Assembly (NCBI GenBank): GCA_002633005.1
Contig: NMRA01000021.1
Location: forward strand, 1,519,392-1,583,391
Reading direction: 5' to 3'
Length of the DNA: 64,000 nt
Source: Phoronis australis
Lineage: Eukaryota; Animalia; Phoronida
Of the stretch, positions 43,001-54,428 are shown piece after piece. The notes beneath the pieces were generated by a model. That model was not told the DNA's origin and searched no databases. It saw only the letters and a list, made by a program, of their open reading frames with translations. How positions within the stretch are numbered: position 1 is the stretch's first letter; each line of letters opens with the position of its first letter. The position numbers and the translations under genes were made by a program.

Positions 43001-46000
43001 TACACTGTTAGACCCTTGAGTCAGGTTTCTAGCTTCTTAGCTCGGTTTAACTACATATTACTAACTAAAGCATAAAAATGGTTCCAGGTGATGCATGCAA
43101 TGGGCCCACATGAGGGGCCAGCGCACGTCTGGTTCATGTACCAGACCGTCTGCAACTATTTTTTATAAAAGGGACGTTCACTCAGAATGAGAATATTAAC
43201 TAATTGGAGGTTCTTTTATCAGAAACAAATTTATGAACACCGGCGCCACCTAAAGGCAGAAAGCTGTTTGTTTGAACTCCCAAAATTATCACATCATGCA
43301 GCGCGTAACGAGACATAGCAACGTCACTTCACAACAACACAAAAGTCGGCTATGACAGTGAAAACTGGGCCAAAATGCTCTCTTGGAAAATTCACCAAAA
43401 CACTTAAAAAAACAGGCATAATCAGAGCAACGCATGGTAACAGTTTGGAAATTCGCATTGGCTAAAAACAGGCAGGTGTCAACCATATCCACCTACACAG
43501 TTTTGCCTATGCGGACTTTGCCTCACAAAATCACATGTTGTCCCTGTTAAATACAAAAAGCTTTCTCACGCTTTCTTGGCTTAACTCCAACTATTGTACA
43601 TTATAATTTTTGTGATAAACATTAAAAAATACAAAAGCCAAAAAGACAAAAATTATCAATAAGTTGTACAGCGATGAAAAACGACAGAAACTAAAGTAGA
43701 CAGTTAAGAAATATAAAACAGCACCATTTTTGAGAGTTCTGAGCCTGGAACAGCTCAATAAGCCAGTGGCCACATCAATTGCTTTCAATGACATAACTTT
43801 AGGACTGTCTTTTATCAGAGCTGTCTAGATAACCTGGGCCACTGTGAAAGTGGGTCAGGTTATCAACTAGATGATTGTGGATTGTTATATTGACCTTTGA
43901 CCTCAGTCCTGTATTTGCACTGTTTTCCCCAATGCAGTCTTTGTTTTGCTGTTACTCAGATATTGGTTGAGTTTGCTGTTCACCTCTCGTTATAATTTCC
44001 ACAATAATCTAATGGATCTTTCCCATACACGAAACTCCGCCACTATCAAAAGCTTCGATGTTATTTTGGTTAATCACAAAGTTAAGCGTAACCATTCCAG
44101 CTTTGGAATACGTATTCAGCTAGTAGGCTCTCGAGAAAATCAAGAGGGTGATAGGTAATGATCATTAATTTAGTAATTCAGTAAAGTTATTGTAATGTGG
44201 CACTAATATGACCTTCACCTTTTCCATGTATGGATGGCAAATTTTTTAAAATAAACAACCCAGCAAGTACACAGTCAGTCAGATAAATTGAAACGGAATA
44301 CTCGGCGGTTAATTTACACAGTCAGTCAACTTTGATTATTTTATAATTAGTATCGTTTACAACATAACCAAGCAGTATCAAATGCTAGTTTATGAAATAA
44401 AGCATGCATTAATTAAAAATGAAAATATAAAGACGAGTGATCAACTCAAAACTCACCTATCTCAAAATTCTGCATAGCCTCCTTAAACATATCCTGATCA
44501 AATATCAGTTTAATTAAGGCTTGTGTGGTCTTATCCAGTTTGCAGGGCAGGACCTTTTTGTCACTGGTCACCTTGGCTCCAGAATCAACGACATCTGTGG
44601 CCTGCAATTGAAATCGTTAACAATAAAACCGTTGAAAACAAATTTCAAACATGTGTCCAAATTTAAGTGACGTGGTTTGAATCCACACCTAACTGCTCCA
44701 TGTTCCTGTTGGCGACATTTTAGATAGATTCCAGCATGCACAATAAAAAATCAGAAAAAATAACTAATGTAATTTCTTGTCCTAACAACAGGGTGAAGCA
44801 CCATCCATCAAGACTTGAGAACAAAAAGTAAATTACTAACAATTTAGCAATAAGTCTTGCTCAAAGCAGACTTAGCCCTCATTATGAGCAAACACTATTT
44901 TGTCGCATTACTTTAACAGGACAGTCTGGGATGACACAACGACTCCCGAATCTTGAGCTATTTACCCACAATGTCGCAACATCCATCAAACAGTTATATG
45001 GCCTCTCTTCCGTGATACTGGAGTTTATTTGTTGGTGCCCTGATTCTTTCAAAAATTTCTCAACATAATTATAGTTATATTCGACCTTCCAGCAGTTTTA
45101 CTGCTGGGTTGCATGCTGCAACTCCAATGACATAAAGTTGGATAAACTGGGACTCTTCCATGAGCATGCGTTACGAAACTCAATCTCTCTCTGAAAGGGC
45201 TTGGGACGACAGACGTCAAAAAAGAAGAAAATTTTCCAGGTGATGTATTGTTCCGCAAAGAAGTAGGATTGTGTGATAGAAATACTTGTTGTGTTGCACT
45301 AAACTGAAATAAACCTTTTGCATGAATTACATCAAAACAATGATAGAAAAAAGAGGAAAAAGAGAAAATTTTTAAGAAATCAAAAGAGGAAATCGAAACC
45401 AATTAAAGAGGAAATCCTCTTGAAAGAGGAAAATTTGTTTAAACATCTCACCTTCTTATGAACAAGAATCTTCATCACAGTATGAAATGAATTGAGTATT
45501 TTGATCAGCTAAGAAATCTTATGATTGACAGCGGTTAGTGGGAAATAAAACGTTCAAGCAAAATAATTCTCTCACAATTTAAAGTTTCTGCAGATTTCAT
45601 GCACACTTTTCGTCACAGACGGCATGGCATAATTGGGACCGCATTGTCTCACTGAAAATGATACGGAATCTCATCTGTTGCATGGCAAACAGCAAAGGTG
45701 TGAAAATGCAGAAAACGTTGGAAGTGAAAAAAAGAAAGAAAGAAAATCGTCTGACCAACCTCATCATCCTCGCCTCCGTCCATCTCTAGAAGGACGTACT
45801 TCCCAGCCACAGGTTTGAAGTCATCTCGTTTGTCCCAATCATTCTTCGTCTTGTCCTTAAATTTTTTCTTGAAGTCCGATATTGCCAAGTCCTCACTGAC
45901 AGGGCCATTCAATGAGTTAGCACCCTTTTCACCCTGTTGTTAGAAGATAAATAGATGTAACTATAATAATTACACGCGCACACTGAATAAAGCATGTCTT

Positions 46001-48199
46001 TCAACTTGGTACTACAGGATGTTATTTTGAGTAGAATTTCCACTGTCAATAGGGACAATACACTACGTTCATCACTAAAAAGTCAAACATTTCGAATGTC
46101 AACTTTTTTAAACAAAACACGTCTTTTGACGACTCTTATTTCTAAAAGTGAGAGCCAAAATTGTTCTTCACAATAATCCAGCCAACACAGGAAAACAGTC
46201 TGCACAGGTACATATCAAAATGTATTGTGAGGAAAGAGACAAGAAATCAAAACAGTTGGAGCTCACATTATTATATTGTGTTTCTATTCAAGTAGCACTC
46301 AGCCTGATTCAACCGTATATGCCGAAACGTTGACTTACACAATGTCTTTGTTTATGTATGCGCTGATTTTAAAGTTCGCACTCATATTTTGATCAAAAAC
46401 AAATGAATTCAATAATAAACTAAAATCCAACAAGCCTCACCACTCTACCCCACCGGTTCCAAGCGTAGAATCCACCACTCGCCTGCAACACCTGTATGAT
46501 GTAGTACTTGTTGTTGTTGTTTCCAATGTTAGTCTGGTTCAACATGCAGTCAAAGTCTTTGTACACCTGTGTATAATTAGAAACAGGTCTATGAATCGTA
46601 CAGGTATTGATCATATCCACATCAATATGTACGAAATACGCAAACTGTTTTGCTGTTACTTCCTGAAAGCCAGAAACACATTATGTAGATAACTTCGCTA
46701 AATACTCAATCTTCTTACCATTTGGACATCACCTGACACAACTTTCATGCATTTTTCTCTACGGTTTCCAAGAAGCACACAGTTAAGCAGAAAAGGGCAT
46801 TCTTAACCCATTACACCAGTCAATCAGAGTTCCCAATGCCTGACATATTCTTTTTCTATTACACCTTAGTAAACTTAGCTTAGTAAACTAGTGTACAGTA
46901 ATACGCTTAAATGGCCATGGTGAATTTCATAAATTCAGTGTTCTCCACAACCTACTTTGACTCATCGCAGTACCAAGTTTGAATTCCATCCAGACGAGTT
47001 TGGCTTACAGCACTTGCATTGAGTTTGAAAACCTAAGCTTTGGGAGATTAGCCAAATCTTCAGCAAACTGGGACATTTTGGACTCTAGGCACCCCAATGC
47101 GTATATACTTAGAATTAACTGCGCAGATTATATTTAGCAGAGACACAAACTGCCAAACAGATTCATGGCTTTTGCAATTATTCCCGTTGAGTTTGAATTT
47201 ATTTTCCGTCATTAAATCACTTTTTTGTAGTATTCCATTTTCACAAATGAAGGAAATTTGCTCAGTAGACCCAACGGATTTTCGAGAAAAAAATTTCAGT
47301 AACTATGAAAGCGAAGCAATACTTTAATGTTGTTTAGAAAACGAAAAATTAACAATCCTATTCTTTACTTAATAACTAATTGTTTTTGAATTAAAACTTT
47401 CACTCAGTTCTGTTATAAAAAACGAACAAAATATTTTGGTAAAGCATTGAAGGACATTTTGTCTCATCTCAAAAGTTACATGCATCCCAGCATTACAAAT
47501 ATCCCCAAACAAAAGTAGGTTTCAAGATCAGAAAAGAACTGTCAGAGTCAATTGTGAAACATTCTCATGATTTTTGTTTCACCTTGCAGGTCTTAAATCA
47601 ATTATGAACCCAACAACAAAACAGAAGTGTACAAATTGATGAAGACAAATGGCAGTGGTACAGGATATAGGCTGCACTTGATTGTCTCCATCAATGACAG
47701 CAGGTTAACTGACTAAGATATTGAATTGGTTATCGATGACGACTTCCGCCTTATAAACCAATCCGGTGGAACTTGTAAAGTGAATCAATAGTAGCCACCA
47801 TTAACAGCATAAAAAGACTCTACAGAGGTTATTACAACTTGCGATATTTTATTGAAAAAAAATCTCATGAATGATCCCATGTGGATACAAAAACCATCTA
47901 CCCACAAAATCAAGAATACTTTTCCATGTATTGAGTGAATGGATCGGATAATACACTGAGGAAACTGCAATGCGGTATTACTTTGTTACATATGAGCTGA
48001 AAGAGTGTAACAGCATATAATCTCTTACCGAAGCGCCTGCCACAGGGAAATATGAATCTACTTTAAAGGTCTTCTTCTTTCCTTTGTCTGCCTCTTTCAA
48101 CTTTGTCACCGTGTCAACAGGTGTCACTACCTCTTGTTTTGCTTTTTTGCCACCAGCACCCTTTGAGCCTGCTGTGGTAGACTTGCGCTTAGGAGGCAT
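37087..48199 (-). CDS. PARP3: Protein ADP-ribosyltransferase PARP3 (WGR, regulatory and catalytic domains); 10 coding exons, 531 aa
   Basis: Exons: 48199-48029, 46566-46441, 45933-45760, 44601-44457, 42702-42476, 41271-41119, 40802-40713, 39700-39523, 38688-38533, 37262-37087. All GT-AG with consistent phases, 1596 nt. Motifs: DCMLNQTNIGNNNNKYYIIQ...WNRWGRVGE (WGR); KKMPLGKLSKTQIAKGFEVL...FYTLIPHDFGRQRPP (regulatory); LLWHGTNVAVVAAILKSGLRIMPHSGGRVGQGIYFASE and QSEYLVYKESQCRMRYLL (catalytic). No zinc fingers or BRCT, and the LRIMPHSGGRVG loop indicates PARP3. Confidence 0.96.
41425..41659. mobile_element. Non-autonomous DNA transposon (hAT-like MITE) in a PARP3 intron
   Basis: Ends cagtggcagatctac and gtagatccgtctctg are imperfect TIRs. 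Internal GGGGGGTTT tracts are typical of such elements. Confidence 0.6.
42710..42752. repeat. (TAA)n microsatellite at the PARP3 exon 5 splice acceptor
   Basis: About 14 taa units, 7 nt from the exon boundary at 42702. Confidence 0.95.
42926..43164 (+). mobile_element. tRNA-derived SINE
   Basis: tRNA-like head with A box (tggcctagtg) and B box (ggttcaagtccc at 42982), and a T-rich tail. Flanked by an imperfect direct repeat, ataaaagggccctt (42912) and ataaaagggacgtt (43165), consistent with a TSD. Confidence 0.7.
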
Positions 48200-48427
48200 T
48201 GTATTGCTAAAACTGATGAAATATTACAATAAGGTACGTGTTGATCCCCAGCTGAGCTAACAATTCATTGTCAAATTCTAGCCAAGGTTCTTGATCCACA
48301 AATACAACACACAACACAATGCTGTGGAGAGATGGTGCTCTCACATCACTTAGGATTAAAACATCGTGCTATCAATCCAGTGTGCATCACAAAAAAACTG
48401 ATTTTGACTTATACAATGTGTCGTTAC

Positions 48428-48650
48428 AAAATTTGTCTCAAATTTTTCCTCAGACAAACTGGAGGTGATTTCAGAGCATTGAAGGAACTTACAGTTTGTT
48501 ATTGCTTGAGACCAGGCTCCACAAAATGGCATGTCGCAGCACGCCATTTTATACACTGAGCCTGGTCTCAACAAATAACAAACTGTCCGATCTTTGCAAA
48601 ACAAGAAATCATTTGCCATATGATTCAGGAAAAAGTTGAGACAAATTTTA
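48428..48650. repeat. Foldback inverted repeat (old MITE-like hairpin) just upstream of the PARP3 start codon
   Basis: Inner arms acagtttgttattgcttgagaccaggctc (48491) and gagcctggtctcaacaaataacaaactgt (to 48586). Outer arms aaatttgtctcaaatttttcct and aggaaaaagttgagacaaattt. Confidence 0.7.
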
Positions 48651-50831
48651 AAGCAGTGAGTGGTTCAAGTTGCGAGTTCTTTTCTTGGAGAGACTGGGAG
48701 ATTATAGCTGCCTTGTGTTATTGAAATGAATGATGAGGTTAAAACCAAACACTTATCGTAATAAGGTAACCAATGATAGAGAGACCATGCTTTTCTGGAA
48801 ATGAACAGAATAGATCGTTCGCAAGATAAGAGGATTCATTTTCGTTCCCCTTTAATTGATGTCCTGAGGTTTGTAAGAACTCGAGCTGGCTTTCCATGTG
48901 CAGAGCTGAAGACTATTATTTGTCACACTTTTCTATGGAACTAAGTTTTATTTTTACTTATGTTGGGGTTTTAATTAGGAAAAAAAATTTACGGTAAATA
49001 TAATCTAAAAAAATGACCGAGACTGATTCTGACCACCAATCAAATGATGATTATTAAGCAGGCAGATATTCAAGTCATTCTTCACTTTTTCTGAAGGTGG
49101 CACTGAATTCTTTTTCCAGTCTTGACAAACAATGAACGTGATGTGCAAACAGTGTTTAAGAACACCAAATTACCGGTATTTATTTCTCAGCCAGTAAGCA
49201 AAACCCGATGGAATTTCACCCAGCACATCGTACTTTTCACCCCCTATCTCCCTACACTGGCCTTCATCGTACAAGATCACAGATGCAGTATAGTACAGTG
49301 AGTCTATCCGTAGCCTTCACTCGCGTGAGGGGAATGGTGGCTGTGCCTTCTGAGGGTTGAGGTGAAGATTAGAGAGCTCTATTAATTCTAACCAAGGAGG
49401 TCACTGCACCTCATGTGCAGTGCCTCAAGCAGTCAAAACTAATGTTTTAATAGAATCATATAGTGATTTTAAGCTTCAGGGGAATGTTTTAATCATTGGA
49501 GAGAAATTTTGGGACCTGGTGAACAGAATTTCACGATTTTTTACATTTTTCAGAGTGGCTGTGGTCAATATCTGTTGCTGCTCGGGTAAATTCCAGGACA
49601 CAATGCTGATTGATAAGCTTCCAAGCACCCATGGCGTGACAGTGCACCCACAATCGACAGCGCACCCATGATCGACATCGCACCACAATTACCTAGAAAT
49701 TTCAAATCGCCCTACAGCTGTCTGGGATGGTTTACTAGTACCTCGTCACTTTGTCGTGAAACTTGTATTCAGATGCAAAGCTAACAACCGCAGGGTTGCA
49801 TGAAAAATCTGGGAGTTAACGCACACTCACTTTGCCGTTACAGCCATTTAAGCATAAAATAATTCAATAAACATCTGATTCATTTTCTTGGATCAATCTC
49901 CAACTTTTGTAACTGAATAAAGTCTGTAGTCGACTTGAAATCAGTAAGCTCTTTACACGTGTACGCGTCATTTACCTAACTTTTTGCAGCATCTCTCGGG
50001 AGATGATGACAGATTCACTGAAGCTCATTTTGCTCAGAAATCAGGTTCACTGACCAGTGTTAAAATACTAAAAAAAATATAAGGAAGGGGAACCAATTCT
50101 GATAACTTGTTGTACGTGACATGTACGCAACCTTGTCGAAGAAGAATAGCTGATTGAAAAATCATCAAAAGGTGAAATTGGTAATACAAGATAGTGATGA
50201 AGCTCTATTTCATGGCGTTGAAAGTTGGCATATAAGATTTGCTCCATAACTTCAGCAGCAGAATGCATAACAACAATCTTTTAGCACCATGCAGTAACTA
50301 AATTGTTTACTCAACAAGGAAGAGTTACTTTAAACAAGGTTAATTTTTGTGTCTGATGTTATTTGGACATTTTTTATCCACATCGGTACAGCTTTGCACC
50401 TAGCAAGGCAACTTATTTTGATCTGTTAGAATAGAACATGCCTCCCCATCAGGAAGGTAATTACAAGCATGCACCATTTCACAGCGGCACAGATCTATAC
50501 GACACAGATTCGCTATCTCGCCACAAAGTGATGTGCGTAATTACCTGCTAACGCTTGACCTTTGAGTTCCACGGAGGTCAAACAATGAATGACCCAATAC
50601 CCAATAGCAACCAACTACGCCTACTGCAATTGCCACAAGGCACAATTGGGATGAAATTGCGAACCTCGCCAGATTTCTGGTGCACCTGTGTCACTGTGTA
50701 ATGGAGTACCCGGTCTTTAGGCCTACTTATATGGTGAATACTATTACAACAAGTATGCTCCAACACTCCAACAGATCAAAATAAGCTACCATGAAAACAA
50801 GCCTCCAAGGGCAAGGTTACAAATTTACGAA

Positions 50832-52052
50832 GTACAATCGACTAGTACAACAAGCAGTCATCATCGAATCATCGAATCAAGGCAGTTCAGTTGTGAAGTG
50901 TCAGTATAATTCAGAAACTTAAAGAAGTTGAGTATTTACCGCACTCTTATCAACTAGTAGATGATAAAACAAGGCATTCAACCAGCGCTCAACATCCAAT
51001 ACAATGATCGATTTCCTAACCTTGCTCTCAACTAAGTCTTTGCCGAGCCTAAACTTGATTGACCGGTATGTTTTGCTAGAAACAGGAAGTTGTAAGAGAA
51101 CAATTAAATTCGACGATGTCGTTTCCTAAACTTATTATCTATATTCTGAAGTAAAATACTTACCATAAAGCAAAATAAAAGTAAAATTTCACTTGTGACT
51201 ATGAAAACGAAAGTTTTTAAAGATCTGGTCGTCGAAAAATATCTTTTTACCTATTATACTCTTTAGCGTTTGGAGAACACAAAAAGCAGTAAACAATGAA
51301 AAATGATTGGAAGTGTTCGCTGTAGTTTTCATCAAAATTTTGTTAAAAGGCTCACTTTTGTTCGTTTTTTGTGTGATGTTACGAAACTACGTAGAGGCCG
51401 TCAAATGCCTGCTGGAAAAATTGCTCTTTACGAAAACCCGTTACCTGAAGAAGGTCAGTGACAGTGAAATCTAGCCAGCCAGGCACCTCCGCTTTTAAAC
51501 TTGGAAATAATCATCAGATAATGACCATCGTCTGTGCTGGCGCAAGTGGCACAGACAATGGAGATCTTATAGGAGCTTCATACACCGGAAGCTTTTCGGC
51601 GAATTATGCCTCGCACTGACTAAAACATCAAAGTCACATTGTTATAAATTTGTTTTGTGCATAGATGGACACCTTAGCTAGGAGGTCGTCGATGTAGTCG
51701 GATATAATGGACCCTAACTTACTTATTCCAAATAAATCCACTAAATGTGGGTCTGAATGAATGATTTTGATATCGTTGCATTCCTCAGACATCTGGCTAT
51801 CCATTCATTTCCACCTCACGACCCTCAATTACTCCGTTCCATAACTACGCTATTCCAAACTCTGTCCACTTTAGCCATGCGCATTGTGAAATTGACAGCC
51901 ATTTCAGGGAACTTACTATATCTAGTGCCATCTATCGGCGATCTGCTACTACACATGCTGTTCCTTTTCATCAGTCAATGTCATTGGTCGATTTTGTCAA
52001 TTATTAATGTCATCGTTCGGGTCTCATGGACGACGATAACATGACGATGACA
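50832..52052. repeat. ~1.2-kb direct duplication, copy A
   Basis: Near-identical to 52520-53746. For example, ORFs 51757-52044 and 53451-53738 give almost the same translation. Confidence 0.95.
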
Positions 52053-52379
52053 TTATCATACTTTAACTTTGGCCCAAGGTTCATTGACACGGTCAAAACA
52101 CTCTACAACAAATCTTGTCTCTGTGTTCTCCAACATGGATTTTTCTCTGAATTTTTTGAAATGGGGAGAGGCTGTCGTCAAGGAGACCCCATTTCTCCTT
52201 ACCTTTTTTATTATGTGTAGAATTATTGGGTAATTTAATTCGTCGGGATGGTGGCATCACTGGTGTCAGGATAGGTGTTTCTGAGTTTAAATTGATCCAG
52301 TACGCTGACGACACTTGTTTGATTTTGGACGGTTCTGAGTTATCTCTAAGATCATCTTTGAATTTAATTGACCAATTTG
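52053..52379 (+). mobile_element. Non-LTR retrotransposon (L1/Tx1-like) reverse transcriptase fragment, frameshifted
   Basis: Translates LSYFNFGPRFIDTVKTLY...GFFSEFFEMGRGCRQGDPISPYLF, then a frameshift, then LGNLIRRDGGITGVRIGVSEFKLIQYADDTCLIL. Contains the RQGDPxSP and YADD motifs. Confidence 0.9.
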
Positions 52380-52519
52380 NGTTTGAATCAACGAATACTA
52401 TATATTTGTGAGAGTTAAATCAAGTCCTATTCAGATCATAACTTTGAAGTGGAATAATTGGGTGAGTAAGACAACAAGCCGGTTTTATGCTTAGGCGGAC
52501 GACTATAGGGTTTCGGAGT

Positions 52520-53746
52520 GTACAATCCACTACACTACAATACAAGCAGTCATCGACAGTTCAGTTGTGAAGTGTCAGTATAATTCAAAAACTTAAAGAA
52601 GTTGAGCATTTACCGTACTCTTATCAACTAGTAGATGTTAAAACAAGGCATTCAACCAGCGCTCAACATCCAATACAATGATCGATTTCCTAACCTTGCT
52701 CTCAACCTCAGTCTTTGCCGAGCCTAAACTTGATTGACCGGTATGTTTTGCTAGAAACAGGAAGTTGTAATAGAACAATTATATTCGACGATGTCGTTTC
52801 CTAAACTTATTATCTATATTCTGAAGTAAAATACTTACCATAAAGCAAAATAAAAGTAAAATTTCACTTGTGACAATGAAAACGAAAGTTTTTAAAGATC
52901 TGGTCGTCGAAAAATATCTTTTTACCTATTATACTCTTTAACGTTTGGAGAACACAAAAAGCAGTAAACAATGAAAAATGATTGGAACTGTTCGCTGTAG
53001 TTTTCATCAAAATTTTGTTAAAAGGCTCACTTTTGTTCGTTTTTTGTGTGATGTTACGAAACTACGTAGAGGCCGTCAAATGCCTGCTGGAAAAATTGCT
53101 CTTTACGAAAACCCGTTACCTGAAGAAGGTCAGTGACAGTGAAATCTAGCCAGTCAGGCACCTTCGGCTTCGGCTTCGCTTTTAAAAATTAAATTTGGAA
53201 CTAGATAATGACCATCGTCTGTGCTGGCGCAAGTAGCACAGACAATGGAGATCTTATAGGAGCTTCATACGCCGGAAGCTTTTGGGCGAATTATGCCTCG
53301 CACTGACTAAAACATCAAAGTCACATTGTTATAAAATAAATTTGTTTTGTGCATAGATGGACACCTTGGCTTAGCTAGGAGGTCGTCGATGTAGTCAGAT
53401 ATGGACCCTAACTTACTTATTCCAAATAAATCCACTAAATGTGGGTCTGAATGAATGATTTTGATATCGTTGCATTCCTCAGACATCTGGCTATCCATTC
53501 ATTTCCACCTCACGACCCTCAATTACTCTGTTCTATAACTACGCTATTCCAAACTCTGTCCACTTTAGCCACGCGCATTGTGAAATCGGCAGCCATTTCA
53601 GGGAACTTACTACATCTAGCGCCATCTATCGGTGATCTACTCCTACACGCGCTGTTCCTTTTCATCAGTCAATGTCATTGGTCGATTTTGTCAATTATTA
53701 ATGTCATCGTACGCGTCTCATGGACGACGATAACATGACGATGACA
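52520..53746. repeat. ~1.2-kb direct duplication, copy B
   Basis: Near-identical to 50832-52052 with scattered SNPs and small indels. Confidence 0.95.
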
Positions 53747-53839
53747 GATAAGATGGCGAGAGTGAGGATGACGAGAGCAGACATAACAATGATTAATAAC
53801 GATGACGTTAATAATTGACAAAATCGACCAATGACATTG
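53670..53839. repeat. ~170-bp inverted repeat / MITE-like hairpin with 41-bp arms
   Basis: caatgtcattggtcgattttgtcaattattaatgtcatcgt pairs with acgatgacgttaataattgacaaaatcgaccaatgacattg (1 mismatch). Confidence 0.85.
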
Positions 53840-54428
53840 TTGGAAAAAATGTTGGCTTTCAGCGCCATGAAATATTGTGTCACATATTGGCCAGATTCTT
53901 TTTTCGACGATTCTTCAATTAATCAAGGAAGAGAGAACTTTTTAGTTTTTAATGATATTAACTTTGTAACTTTGTTGCAAAGCTGTACAAATATATCTTC
54001 GTAATTGTCTGGTTAAAATCTTGCACTAAATTGTGTCATTACATTTGTTCACTCTCGAAAATTATTTTAACTGTGAGCAGTAGTTTTTAGTGTGATTGAA
54101 GCAATTTCAATGTAAAAGTAAAAAATGTGCAAATTGTATAAGTCAGCTGACCAGAATAAGTAATGCCATTATTATAACAACAACAATATGGCTATGGAGG
54201 TTTTTAGCAATATATTTTATTTAACTTTGTAAATTAAAGGGTCAAAGAAGAAAATTAATTATTGACATGAAAGTCTAATTTTGTTCCATTTTGTTCCTTT
54301 TTGTAGGTATATTTTCAGCTAAATGTTATTGTTGGAGATTAGTTTGTTTGCAAGGCAATTTCAATTCAAAGGAGGGAATGCTATGACATTGCCTTGGATC
54401 TTGATTGGCTTATGTTTTTAACTCCAGA

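Noticed and set aside
51443-51482. Hammerhead-like cctgaagaaggtcagtgacagtgaaa (also ~53119, and a similar motif at ~16808)
   Set aside because: The stems are too degenerate to support a ribozyme call by eye.
51757-53738. Duplicated 95-aa ORFs (MNDFDIVAFLRHLAIHSF...) as a gene pair
   Set aside because: No recognisable domain. Their similarity comes from the 1.2-kb duplication, and their 3' ends run into an inverted-repeat element.
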